Of a stretch of DNA of 64,000 nucleotides, positions 18,117-28,491 are shown one piece after another (the first letter of the stretch is position 1; every line of letters begins with the position of its first letter). Origin of the DNA: a virus. The position numbers and the translations under genes were made by a program. A model generated the notes under the pieces. That model saw only the letters and a list, made by a program, of their open reading frames with translations. It was not told the origin of the DNA and ran no database searches. The DNA lies in the IMG/VR virus record IMGVR_UViG_3300025195_000002, one strand, 5' to 3'.

Positions 18117-21001
18117 TAGCGTTTCTCCTTAGGTAAAAAGCCAAGAGGGCGAGGTAGGGACATCATCCCAAATAAAACCCTGTGTTTATTTAAATCAGAC
18201 ATCATCGTCAGACCCTGTAAAATGAACTGATGATCGTCACCACTTTGTGAAGCAGTTACCATCCCAACGGTATTGTTAATTGTACCTTCTCTTGTGTAGA
18301 GTCGATTATCAACATAGTTAAGCACAGTACCGCCTTCTTCCGTGAACAGTGTATTGTTCCAACTCTGATCAATGTCCTGTAAGGCAACTAAGCCAACATT
18401 GTTAGTCTCTACGTTTAAACCATCTTGGATGATAAAACGTTCACCCGCTGCGATACTAACTGATTGGTTACTGGCCGTTAGGGTTATAACCTGAGGTGAG
18501 TAGGGTAGTGAGTGATAGTACCGCATTTCTTTAAATAAGACTGTTAGCGATACAAGACCGGGTATGTCTTTACTTTCAAAAAGTAAAGGGATATACTTAA
18601 AGGTATCTAACTTCCCATGGTCTTCCAGGTTGCTATTTTCTAATACAATAGGCTTATGTTTAATAACCCCATTATTTGTAATAGAAAAGCCAGACTGATC
18701 ACCTACCACCTCAAACGATGACCGTTGAAGTGCTTGCTTGGTAACCGTCTCTGCCTGACCTTGTTTACTGTAAACAACGCCATTGATTGCACACCCTAAA
18801 ATAACCCCACGTTCACCCGCTGCAACCGATACGCTACCTACACCATTTTCTACAAATCGACCAATATCTCGAATGTCTTGTGGTAAGAATGGTGCGGCGT
18901 TAGAGGTCTGGGAGATGATGGCCACTTTACCAGATTCAAAGTTAAACGTTAACACCTCAGTAGTGTTATTTAATCCAGAAGACCAGCTAGTAAAACCCCA
19001 GTCTATCCCACTTAGGTCATTGGAAACAACTGCGTAGTTATTCGACCCACCAATTTTTCGAGGGAACTGATAGTCCTTAGAAGTTCCATCTGGCAATTGT
19101 GCTACCCATAGCGCATTGGGGATGTAATCTACATTAAAGTTATCCATCATAGTCCGAAGATCAGTTGGATTACAAAATAGATTATTCAACATAGGTGGAT
19201 TAAAGTAAGCATAGTCGAGGTCTTCATAAGACAACACAATTACACTATCACCAACTTGCCAATCATCTACCACTATCTCCCCATCGCCTAGTGTTGCTCT
19301 AGTACTAGAGCTATAACGATTATATTTAAACGGGTAGATAGAGCTGTAGGTGTTGATAGGGAAATAAGTCCCTGATACACTTCCGTCATCACCTGTTTTA
19401 GCTGCAGGGGTAAACTCGTTGCGTGTTTCATTGTAAAGGTAACACCCACCACGCACATCGGTCTGTGAAGGGAGTGCTGACAATGTGACACTGTGCGTAT
19501 CAGTACTTTCTAGCGTGGTACGTTCAACACGTAATGCTCTTGCTATTTCATTACCTCGAACCCGGCCTGCTGAGAAACCGTCCGTATACCTATCAGCATT
19601 AAGCTCTATACCGTGTGCTGATAGTCTCAGATCATCGATCTGAAAATGGTACACGTTTTCATACGTCCAATCAAACGGTGTTCCGCTTACAGGATCTTGT
19701 ATGGTGGCACCAAAGTCTGATAATACCCCACCTTCCTCTTTAGTTAAAAAGCAGTCAGCGGTAGTTGTTGCAAGTTTGGCTAATGATGAAACATCCCACC
19801 ATTCTGCACCACCGACACCGCTCTGTTTAGAGAGTCTAGTACCGTTGGGGTTTAAGAAAGGGTGATATGCGCCTTTATTGAAACGATTAACAATGGCGAT
19901 CGGTAACCAATATACATTGTCTATTTCACCAGATAAAAATTCAGCTGGTGCAATGCAAACACCGAAATCTTCTAAATCCGCAGGGTAATTATTAGATAAA
20001 GGTTGTTGGAAAACCTCGCTGTTGTTAATAGGAGGTACTGTTGTACTAGAACCTTGTGGACTTAGTCTGTAAAGGAATCCAGATTCAGTACCGGACGTTC
20101 TAACGTAACTGGCTGCCCCTCTATCATAACCTGTTGCGAAGTCCCAGCGACAGCCCGATGCTGGTGTAGATCGTATACGATATTGCCATTGATAGACCTT
20201 ATCACCATCAATGAAGATGTTATGGTCAGGATTATCTAAGATCTCATTCTTTTGAGCGTTAGTCAATGTAGACCACACTAAACCAAATCCAGCGATACCA
20301 CTGCGCTCAGTATCCCAATCGCCAAAAGCACTATAGCTTTCTGGCATAACTTCGGCACCTTGAACACCTATCCCAAACGCTTGTCTATTTCGACATTGGA
20401 CGTTACCGTATGGGTATACTACAGGACATTGACCGCTTTCATCACCTACCTCAACTTTAAAGACTTCCATACCTACTAATACAGAAGACCCGACATATTT
20501 AACTTTAGTAAAATACGAGGTATCGGTTAGTAAAACACCTACTGGTGCGGCGGTTGTACAGAGGTAGATGTCATTAGCAACAATTACATGTTCATTGCGA
20601 CTGTATGCATTTGTGGTGGTGGTGCTAGTTTCAACCTTGGCACTGGGTGATTCTGGCAGGAATATGCTATTTCTAGCACTGGCTCCAACGTAGTTTTGAA
20701 CTACACGAATCCCGTCTACGTTATAAACCGGGTAGTCGGTTAAACTACTGCCAAAGGAATTAGCATCGGCACCATTTCGACCCATTCTAAATGCGTTAAC
20801 AACACCGCCATAATGAGTACACCAAATACCATCATTCACCTCGCGGTTAGATGCATCGTAGTAATGTTTGCCGGGATTAATAAAACCAGATACCGCGTAA
20901 CTATCTCTTCTATCCTGACGCAGAGATTCAAACTCGCGTACAGTCATGCCCTTTAAACTACGAGGCAAGAGTTCAGATAATTCTTTCATACTTTGCTCCA
21001 A
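18116..21001 (-). CDS. Putative receptor-binding/tail fibre protein, paralog 3
   Basis: 961 aa; shares FE.R...R, SGFINPGK, VYPYGNVQ, YQWQYR, NKGAYHPFLNP.GT, ADCF and DDLR blocks with the next two genes. Confidence 0.55.
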   Translation of the reverse strand: MEQSMKELSELLPRSLKGMTVREFESLRQDRRDSYAVSGFINPGKHYYDASNREVNDGIWCTHYGGVVNAFRMGRNGADANSFGSSLTDYPVYNVDGIRVVQNYVGASARNSIFLPESPSAKVETSTTTTNAYSRNEHVIVANDIYLCTTAAPVGVLLTDTSYFTKVKYVGSSVLVGMEVFKVEVGDESGQCPVVYPYGNVQCRNRQAFGIGVQGAEVMPESYSAFGDWDTERSGIAGFGLVWSTLTNAQKNEILDNPDHNIFIDGDKVYQWQYRIRSTPASGCRWDFATGYDRGAASYVRTSGTESGFLYRLSPQGSSTTVPPINNSEVFQQPLSNNYPADLEDFGVCIAPAEFLSGEIDNVYWLPIAIVNRFNKGAYHPFLNPNGTRLSKQSGVGGAEWWDVSSLAKLATTTADCFLTKEEGGVLSDFGATIQDPVSGTPFDWTYENVYHFQIDDLRLSAHGIELNADRYTDGFSAGRVRGNEIARALRVERTTLESTDTHSVTLSALPSQTDVRGGCYLYNETRNEFTPAAKTGDDGSVSGTYFPINTYSSIYPFKYNRYSSSTRATLGDGEIVVDDWQVGDSVIVLSYEDLDYAYFNPPMLNNLFCNPTDLRTMMDNFNVDYIPNALWVAQLPDGTSKDYQFPRKIGGSNNYAVVSNDLSGIDWGFTSWSSGLNNTTEVLTFNFESGKVAIISQTSNAAPFLPQDIRDIGRFVENGVGSVSVAAGERGVILGCAINGVVYSKQGQAETVTKQALQRSSFEVVGDQSGFSITNNGVIKHKPIVLENSNLEDHGKLDTFKYIPLLFESKDIPGLVSLTVLFKEMRYYHSLPYSPQVITLTASNQSVSIAAGERFIIQDGLNVETNNVGLVALQDIDQSWNNTLFTEEGGTVLNYVDNRLYTREGTINNTVGMVTASQSGDDHQFILQGLTMMSDLNKHRVLFGMMSLPRPLGFLPKEKR

Positions 21002-21037
21002 TTAAGGGCCCTGATAGGGCCCTATCTACTTTACCAT

Positions 21038-23881
21038 TTAACGACGCGAGGATTTGGGTGCTAATCCCAAACACCGTTCTACGGTCGCGGTACCATAAGC
21101 CACCATACGGTCATTTAAGTCTCCCATAAAGGCCGTACGACCAGTGTAGGTAAATGTACCGTCATCACCGTATAAGTTAGTGTATTCGACCCGCATACTT
21201 CCTACAAAGGTACCATCTTCCCTATAAATACGTCCATCATCCTGGTTAACAGTATGGCTATCAAACGTCGCAGCCGCCCATGTGGTCGTGATAGGTTGAG
21301 TAGCAACTAATACCATCCCTTCTAAAGACCGGTCCCTTACACCAACAAGTGTAAAACGTTCACCTACAGAAATATCTACCGTAAGGCCATTAGTAACATC
21401 TAACACCGAGACTGGGTCCGTTGAAGGATTATAAGTCAACCCTTTAAACATCATCCATCCTGTCACTAATTGACGCTTAGAACCACCCATTCTGAATAAC
21501 TGGGTAAAGAACTTTATACCATCACTGTTATCTAAGAACCCAATATCATTGTGTCTCATCAATGAACTATTAGACCCATCTGGCATGATGTAGGTGCTTG
21601 TATTTTCCCGCCAGCCATAAGAGATAGCAGGGTATTTCACTGGGCCAATTTCACCCTGACCAGTTGGTTTTTTACCCGTTAACGTCAAACAGGTCACTGC
21701 GCCAGATTCAACTCGCCAATCAGCAGCAACGTGAATGTCACTAAGCTTCAAGTCTAACGGACTATAGTTATTATCCGGTATTAAGAATCCTGCATACCAC
21801 AAATATGGCATTACATCGATGTGTAAATCTGAAGTTGATTTACTTACACCACCAGGATCGCCGTAACCAGCAGTAACTGCCGCTGAAGATATCCAAGACA
21901 CACCATCACGCTGATAACCCGATGCAGCTACTTTACATGGGATATTTTGAGGCAAGATTTGCTTCGGAGTACCGTCTGGTATAACTGGTACCCAGTTTCC
22001 ACCAACTAATGGTAATGGATTTGCATTACCCATTAACCCCAATAACCGCTCTGGTGTACATACTACATCGTAACCATAGACTTGATGGAAAGACAATGGT
22101 ACATCGGTGTAACCAATGATGATGATAGTATCACCTACTTCCCACCCATCTGTGATAAATGACGGCGCATTGCCTGTACTACCATATTGGTCAAAGAGTG
22201 CCATCGGGTTGATGTCTTTATGTAGTGACCAAAGACTCGTCGTCGTACCATAACGCATAGCTGGGGTTAGCATACCCTTAGTGACATTATAAACCCATGA
22301 GCCACCGTTGTAATCTGAGGATAAATTCTCAGCTGGTACAAGTTCGGAATTGGTCAGTGATGTAATGGTAGTTTGTATCCCAAAAAGTTTTCTAACCCTT
22401 TCCCAACCACGAATGCGACCATAGGCAATGTCACTAGCAAACGTATCCGGTGTCCCAGTATACCCTGCAGCAAAATGACGAAGGTCGTCAATTATTCCGT
22501 TATAAATAACGTCATGATAGACACCCATTGGATGTCCTGATAATCCTGAGTCATAATCACCAGAGTTCAGAAAAACACCTTCACCCTCTTCATCCGCTAC
22601 ATACTTAAAGCAGTCGGCGGTTGTGATAGGTGTGTCGATGTTTGGACTAGACCAGTCAGAACTACCATCATCGGTATTACGGTGGAAACGTCGAGTCCCG
22701 AATGGATTCATTCTAGGATGATACCCACCTTTATTGAAACGAGTAATACGACACAGTGGGATGAAATAAGACTCAGCAGCACTTAAGCTACTATTAACTA
22801 TCCCTAATGACCATACTCCGGGAGAGTTAGCTGAATAACCGTTAGACACCCCTAATGTTCGGTTACCTGAATCTGAATATTCGTCAGTAGTTAAACTTCT
22901 ACCCTGAAACGCTACCGTATAGTCCTGTGATTGAAGGGGTCGTGGTGCAGTTTGACTATGCATGTCTTCTAGGTCAATCGAATAGAACTCTTGACCAATA
23001 CCACGCCAACTACGAAGTCTGTACTGCCATTGGTAATATTTCCCATCTGTTTCAATGATATTGTTATCTGGGTCAGATACCCAAACTATACGCTCTTGAG
23101 CTGAAAGTTCAGTCCAATCCATACCCATACCCTGGGTCACGGTATCCTCAGAATTACGTGCCGAGTATGCTTGATCCATCACGGTGTTGCTAAGCGTCTG
23201 ACCTTTCCATTCAGTTAACCCACACTGGACGTTACCGTATGGGTAAACAGCCGGTGTACGATCACCACCTTCACCCAGCTCTACTAAGAAAACCTCTAAA
23301 CCAAACACATCTTCTCTAGACACCGCATCGCGTCTTTCAAATAACGCTGTGTTGGTTAAAGATTGGCCAGTAGTAGCACCGGTGTATGAAACACAGACAT
23401 AAATGTCATCGTCTACTACGACAAAATCACCCAGTACATAATCACGGGTAGTAGTGGCGTTAATTTCAACATAGGCGTCAGGGGCATCATCGATATCCCA
23501 AATACTAGTAACAGAATACAGAGCATTTTCAGCTTCAATACCTACATTAACTAATTGGGTAGCTTTAATAGCTCTGACGTGTAACGCAATGCCATCAACG
23601 TTGAAAATTGGATAGTTAGATTTACTTTTTCCTTCAGTCGGACTAGCTAAATCGTCTAAACGCCCCATGTAGATACGTTTCTTAACGCTTTCCCACCCAT
23701 ACATCCCGTTAAAGGCGAAGTTATTTTGAGTTTCTCGAGGGCCAGATTGCGTTGTGTTCTTACCCGGCTCAATCATCCCGCTACCGGCGTAAAGATTACG
23801 GCGCTGATCCCTCATTGCCTCAAACTGAGACCGAGGTGTGGCCTGCAGCGCACCTGGAACTCGGTTAGTTAAATCAGTCAT
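21038..23881 (-). CDS. Putative receptor-binding/tail fibre protein, paralog 2
   Basis: 947 aa; same conserved blocks; located in the tail-fibre operon. Confidence 0.55.
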   Translation of the reverse strand: MTDLTNRVPGALQATPRSQFEAMRDQRRNLYAGSGMIEPGKNTTQSGPRETQNNFAFNGMYGWESVKKRIYMGRLDDLASPTEGKSKSNYPIFNVDGIALHVRAIKATQLVNVGIEAENALYSVTSIWDIDDAPDAYVEINATTTRDYVLGDFVVVDDDIYVCVSYTGATTGQSLTNTALFERRDAVSREDVFGLEVFLVELGEGGDRTPAVYPYGNVQCGLTEWKGQTLSNTVMDQAYSARNSEDTVTQGMGMDWTELSAQERIVWVSDPDNNIIETDGKYYQWQYRLRSWRGIGQEFYSIDLEDMHSQTAPRPLQSQDYTVAFQGRSLTTDEYSDSGNRTLGVSNGYSANSPGVWSLGIVNSSLSAAESYFIPLCRITRFNKGGYHPRMNPFGTRRFHRNTDDGSSDWSSPNIDTPITTADCFKYVADEEGEGVFLNSGDYDSGLSGHPMGVYHDVIYNGIIDDLRHFAAGYTGTPDTFASDIAYGRIRGWERVRKLFGIQTTITSLTNSELVPAENLSSDYNGGSWVYNVTKGMLTPAMRYGTTTSLWSLHKDINPMALFDQYGSTGNAPSFITDGWEVGDTIIIIGYTDVPLSFHQVYGYDVVCTPERLLGLMGNANPLPLVGGNWVPVIPDGTPKQILPQNIPCKVAASGYQRDGVSWISSAAVTAGYGDPGGVSKSTSDLHIDVMPYLWYAGFLIPDNNYSPLDLKLSDIHVAADWRVESGAVTCLTLTGKKPTGQGEIGPVKYPAISYGWRENTSTYIMPDGSNSSLMRHNDIGFLDNSDGIKFFTQLFRMGGSKRQLVTGWMMFKGLTYNPSTDPVSVLDVTNGLTVDISVGERFTLVGVRDRSLEGMVLVATQPITTTWAAATFDSHTVNQDDGRIYREDGTFVGSMRVEYTNLYGDDGTFTYTGRTAFMGDLNDRMVAYGTATVERCLGLAPKSSRR

Positions 23882-23934
23882 TTTAACTTACTCCAAAAAG
23901 AAGGGTGTGGTAAACACCACACCATTATTTATTA

Positions 23935-26802
23935 CTATCGACCGGTTTTATTTATAAAACCAAGAGGACGCGTGTGATAGGCGTAACCTTCAATGATTTT
24001 ATTACCCAACTTATCCGTTATATAAGAGAAACGGGTACGGGAGGTGGTTGTAAACTGACCGTCGTCTCCTTTAGCAGAAGGCTGTACTAGTTCTAAGACC
24101 GGCGCATAGCCGTTACTTGCATAGATCTTATAATCATCGTAATTTATTTCGTAATTAGACAAATCAGATGAAATGAGCGGAAGGTCTAGGTCGTCTAACA
24201 CATTGAGCGTATATTTCTCCAGAATTGGATTATTACTATTTATAAAACGAATGTGTTGACCTTTACTTACCGTTCTAGGCGTTGTATCCGATAGATCTAC
24301 CTCAATGGCGTTATCGTCAAAGAAGTTATAAGCCATCTCTTTATATAACACCCCCATCCATGCTAAACCAATACTATTTTCTACATCTTCACGCGCAATG
24401 TAAGGTAATACTTTAACACTAGGACCTACTGCATTATACAACACTTCCTGATGACGTATAGGTCTTTCCAACTCGATGGTAGGAAAAGATGATAGTCCAT
24501 AGCTGATTCGGTTATAAGGCGCTTCCTCTAACAGGTAAGAGAGAAACTCACGGTTACTATTTTCTGTAGGTATTTTACCTATCAGGTTTTTAATAACCAT
24601 ACCACCTTTCTCACTCTCCCTGTTCATCAAATGCCAGACTCTGTCTGAGTACTCACTTGCTGGTGGGAATGGTGCCCTTATGATGTTAAAAAGTAAAGAA
24701 GGGGTGCTATATAACAACGCAAGTAAGTTACCGGAACCGTTAGTAATGGTTGCGGCATTATTACTCGATAAGAAAGCCGGTATATATGTGGTGTTACCAA
24801 CTGTTGAATTAGTAAATGATTCATAGTCGGTACTTACAATACACTGTACAGAGTAATTATTCTCTACTAACCGGCTAGCTTCCACCGTAGGGTCATTACC
24901 AACAAGGTCTACAGGTAACCAACGTGCAGCCATAATCGGATTAGAGCCAAAGTTTTGATATAGCGATACTAAACTATCAGGCTCTGCTATAATGTCCATA
25001 ACCGGAATTTCAGCATCTCCTACTTTGGTATGTAGATAATCTACAATAACCAACTCATCTCCAGCTTCCCACGTTGCAACGCGGTCCGGCTCAAACGCAT
25101 TAGGTACGTACTGCCACTCGTACATGTGGTAATCAGCACTTTCTGGCAGGGCTTTTATCACCTCTTCGTTAGTGTTAGTTAGAATGTAGTAAACACCTTT
25201 AATGGATTCATTTTTGGTCTTATTATAAACCTGAATACCTCTAACATGCGTTTCGTTAGCTTGGTTGAGGCTAACACTTGGCAAAATATCACCATTTGCT
25301 CTTGCTTCAACAATCGTCGCTTCGGTAACGCGCATTTTTAAGATGTCTTCCCACGGCCGTTGCCTTAACATAGTCAGGTTGAGAAAGTGTTCATCAGGAT
25401 TATTACTGATACCGTTGGCCGGTATACGTAGATCTTCAACGTTATCCTGTTTAACCACATCATGATAAAGTCCCTGGGGGTTTCCTGAATACCCACTATC
25501 AAGGTTCCCTGAGTTATGCCAAACACCTGGCGACATAGCCGTAGAGGTGATGGCAAAGCAATCTGCAACAGTCACAGCAGCTTGTACGTTATTTGACAAC
25601 CATGAGCCAGCGCCTGCCGTATCAAGACGAGAAAAACCAGCAGTCCCAAATGGATTTAGGATAGGGTGGTAAGCACCACGGTTGCGGCGACGCATACGAC
25701 AGATAGACATAAAGAACATCGTATCACCTTCCGTTATAGCACTATTTGGCGCATATATCGGATTGGTAGCCGCAATACCAAATGATGTATCTTTTGGAAA
25801 ATCAAAATGGCCGTTGGTCAGTAGGTAGTTAAAGTCCACGTCCTCTTCAGGTCTGGCATACTGCGGTAGCTTGGATGTCAATTTACCTTGAGGCTTAATA
25901 TAGGTAAAATGGTCACCAATAGCGTCTGGTAAATTAAAGTAAGGATAAGCTCGATTAAACCCTAGACCTTTAGACGATATAACGCGATGACGGTACTGCC
26001 ACTGAAACGCCCGGCCATCTTTAAAGAAGATGTTGTTACGGGGGTCTGTATAAAAGACTTCTCTTTCTTCTGGCGAAAGCTCGTCCCATCGCGCACCATA
26101 ACTTTCGCGATGGTGTTCACCAGGGTACGATGATGTATATTCATCCGGCATGATATTAGGACTTAAAGCCAATACTTCATTTCTGTTACGTATGCCGGTG
26201 TAACCTGTAGGACCATGTTGCACGTTACCGTAAGGATAGACCGCTGGGACTCGGTTATCCCCTTCACCCAGCTCTACTAAGAAAACCTCTAAACCAACAA
26301 GATCTTCGTGAGTACACCCTTCTACTTTTTCAAAATACGTGGTATCAGTTAAAGGGGTTTGGGCCGGTGCGGGGTTATAACTAACAGTAACGTAAACGTC
26401 ATTATCCTTTACTACATACTCGCCCTGAACGTATTCTTTACTAGTCGAAGTAGAGGTTTCAACATTAGCAATTGGCGCTTCGGGTAGGGGTACTAAGTTG
26501 TTGTCTAATGAACCCCAACGGTTACCTAGTACATGGATAATAATACCATCAACCATGTATATAGGGTTATCGCTGCCACTTTGACCATCAGCATCGTTAT
26601 TGCCTCGGCCAAAACGCATTTGGTTAGATAGGGTGGGAAACCACATACCGCCAGGGCCTAGCGGCCGGTCTTCTAACTGGCGACCTTGTTCAATATAGCC
26701 GCTTGATACAAACTTCTCGCGGTTATTAGCCCGCATAGCCTCGAAGCTAGCCAAACTCATCGGTGGTTGGAGATCCGGTAACCGATTTGCTAAGTTATTC
26801 AT
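23935..26802 (-). CDS. Putative receptor-binding/tail fibre protein, paralog 1
   Basis: 955 aa; same conserved blocks; located in the tail-fibre operon. Confidence 0.55.
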   Translation of the reverse strand: MNNLANRLPDLQPPMSLASFEAMRANNREKFVSSGYIEQGRQLEDRPLGPGGMWFPTLSNQMRFGRGNNDADGQSGSDNPIYMVDGIIIHVLGNRWGSLDNNLVPLPEAPIANVETSTSTSKEYVQGEYVVKDNDVYVTVSYNPAPAQTPLTDTTYFEKVEGCTHEDLVGLEVFLVELGEGDNRVPAVYPYGNVQHGPTGYTGIRNRNEVLALSPNIMPDEYTSSYPGEHHRESYGARWDELSPEEREVFYTDPRNNIFFKDGRAFQWQYRHRVISSKGLGFNRAYPYFNLPDAIGDHFTYIKPQGKLTSKLPQYARPEEDVDFNYLLTNGHFDFPKDTSFGIAATNPIYAPNSAITEGDTMFFMSICRMRRRNRGAYHPILNPFGTAGFSRLDTAGAGSWLSNNVQAAVTVADCFAITSTAMSPGVWHNSGNLDSGYSGNPQGLYHDVVKQDNVEDLRIPANGISNNPDEHFLNLTMLRQRPWEDILKMRVTEATIVEARANGDILPSVSLNQANETHVRGIQVYNKTKNESIKGVYYILTNTNEEVIKALPESADYHMYEWQYVPNAFEPDRVATWEAGDELVIVDYLHTKVGDAEIPVMDIIAEPDSLVSLYQNFGSNPIMAARWLPVDLVGNDPTVEASRLVENNYSVQCIVSTDYESFTNSTVGNTTYIPAFLSSNNAATITNGSGNLLALLYSTPSLLFNIIRAPFPPASEYSDRVWHLMNRESEKGGMVIKNLIGKIPTENSNREFLSYLLEEAPYNRISYGLSSFPTIELERPIRHQEVLYNAVGPSVKVLPYIAREDVENSIGLAWMGVLYKEMAYNFFDDNAIEVDLSDTTPRTVSKGQHIRFINSNNPILEKYTLNVLDDLDLPLISSDLSNYEINYDDYKIYASNGYAPVLELVQPSAKGDDGQFTTTSRTRFSYITDKLGNKIIEGYAYHTRPLGFINKTGR

Positions 26803-26830
26803 GAGTTGATACTCCTAAATTAAAATCATG

Positions 26831-27421
26831 TTAGATGTACTGAACTTTAACGGTCCAGAGATCTGTTTGTGCTTTGGTCAGAATGGCCATAAACGGCTTA
26901 TTAGTTAGCTGGACGTCGTCCGTTTCCTCGTCACCGTCAATTAACCATTTACCGCTAGTAAGTGTAACAGTAATATCACCAGCATCTTTTGATAATCGAG
27001 ATATCTCAAACTGCTGACCTATGTCGTAATTGGCTGTGTCGATGGTATATGTTACATTAGCGCCGTTACCGTATTCAACTCTAGTCAGTTGGCGGTTGGT
27101 ATCAAATGTCCGATTGCCTGAGTTGTAGTAATAGAGTGGTAATGGGTTAACGTTAGGAACGTTAGATAAACCAACCGTAGATTTAGTAACATTGTGGGGA
27201 TTAGATTCTTGAAAGTGTGCTTGTAATATAGCATCGTAATTCTGACCTAATTTAACAATATTACCCTGGTCATCCTTGGTGTAGAGTATTAAGTCTTTAA
27301 GGTTGGCCGCTAGCTCACCTTCTTCAAGAAGAACAGGCTGTGGTTCAGCATTAGGTGTAATAGAACGCCTAATTAACAATGGACTTAATGCGGTACCACC
27401 GGGGGTGGTTATTGAAGGCAT
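26831..27421 (-). CDS. Tail-fibre-related protein with Mtd-N-like N-terminus
   Basis: RRSITPNAEPQPVLLEEGELAANLKDLILYTKD; HNVTKSTVGLSNVPN fibre motif. Confidence 0.6.
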   Translation of the reverse strand: MPSITTPGGTALSPLLIRRSITPNAEPQPVLLEEGELAANLKDLILYTKDDQGNIVKLGQNYDAILQAHFQESNPHNVTKSTVGLSNVPNVNPLPLYYYNSGNRTFDTNRQLTRVEYGNGANVTYTIDTANYDIGQQFEISRLSKDAGDITVTLTSGKWLIDGDEETDDVQLTNKPFMAILTKAQTDLWTVKVQYI

Positions 27422-27433
27422 GATAAACTCTCC

Positions 27434-27853
27434 TTATAGTCCCGATGGGATTTCAATGGCGGTAGCAGGAGCGAAGATAGATTCAAGATCAGATTCTGTA
27501 TAGATACCTAATCCTTCTATTACGGGCCTTAACCTTTCATCGTTAAGATTAATGTACTCGCGAGACCGTAGGTTAGTCAAGTACTTATATAACACCATGT
27601 TAGGTGGGTCTTGATCCATACCGGCCTTAGACATGGCGTATATTGTTTCAAGTTTATTATCAATATCTAGTCGATCAAGAAATGAGGCGACTGATATAAT
27701 GTACGTATCAACAACCCCGATCGCAATCGTTTCGCTCTGGAAAGTAATTACCTTGGACGTGTTATCAGAAAAGTTTTTTCTTATCTGATCTCCATCTTCC
27801 GGTTCCTCTCCAGGACGACTGAGGTTATCAATCGACACAATCGTCCTACTCAT
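27434..27853 (-). CDS. Hypothetical protein (possible fibre assembly chaperone)
   Basis: 139-aa ORF within the fibre operon; function inferred from context only. Confidence 0.4.
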   Translation of the reverse strand: MSRTIVSIDNLSRPGEEPEDGDQIRKNFSDNTSKVITFQSETIAIGVVDTYIISVASFLDRLDIDNKLETIYAMSKAGMDQDPPNMVLYKYLTNLRSREYINLNDERLRPVIEGLGIYTESDLESIFAPATAIEIPSGL

Positions 27854-28419
27854 AACTCATCTCCTATCAAATAATCACAGGTAAGGGTTTGCCTAGAGCT
27901 CCAGCTATACATGTTGGCATATTCAATCTTAAGTTGGTTTTCAAAATGAACACCCCCCTTAAAGAAATTCTGCCTGTATTCTTCCGTGATAGTTTCTCTA
28001 TCTTTAAAAAAGTAGAATCCCCCTACTGACCCCCAAGAGGACCCTTCCGACCAATACCCCCAAGCTAGGTGTCCATAATTCCAATTATTGGTGAATGTAA
28101 CACTTGACTCTCCATCGACGGTAATTCTTAGATACATGGGTTGTTTTAATCCATGTATAGCGCTAAGTACTCCTTTTCCATTTAACTGAAGATAAGGCTT
28201 AAAAACATTAGCATCCCCTCTGTCAGTTTTAAATGGGTCTCGAGAATAGCTACTGTCGTGCCTCTCAGAGAATTGGGTTACCATGAAAGGCGCTGGGACA
28301 TTGCCAACAAGATTACCCATGACCGATGTTGCGAACACTGCGTCTCGCAATGGTATTTTGGGATAATAGAATTTTTCTACTTCTTCAACCGGAAGTAGGG
28401 TATAGAGTTCACGTGGCAT
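27850..28419 (-). CDS. Hypothetical tail-associated protein
   Basis: 189 aa, aromatic-rich and beta-like; overlaps the downstream gene by 4 nt. Confidence 0.45.
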   Translation of the reverse strand: MPRELYTLLPVEEVEKFYYPKIPLRDAVFATSVMGNLVGNVPAPFMVTQFSERHDSSYSRDPFKTDRGDANVFKPYLQLNGKGVLSAIHGLKQPMYLRITVDGESSVTFTNNWNYGHLAWGYWSEGSSWGSVGGFYFFKDRETITEEYRQNFFKGGVHFENQLKIEYANMYSWSSRQTLTCDYLIGDEL

Positions 28420-28491
28420 CTTTTAACCTACTTAACAGTTTGTTATAACAAGACTGCTATCGGTTTACACATTGTACTTAAACTTCCAGAA

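Noticed and set aside
18116-26802. Diversity-generating retroelement acting on the fibre paralogs
   Set aside because: No reverse transcriptase in the window and no TR/VR pair differing only at adenines; the shared blocks are short and in-frame.
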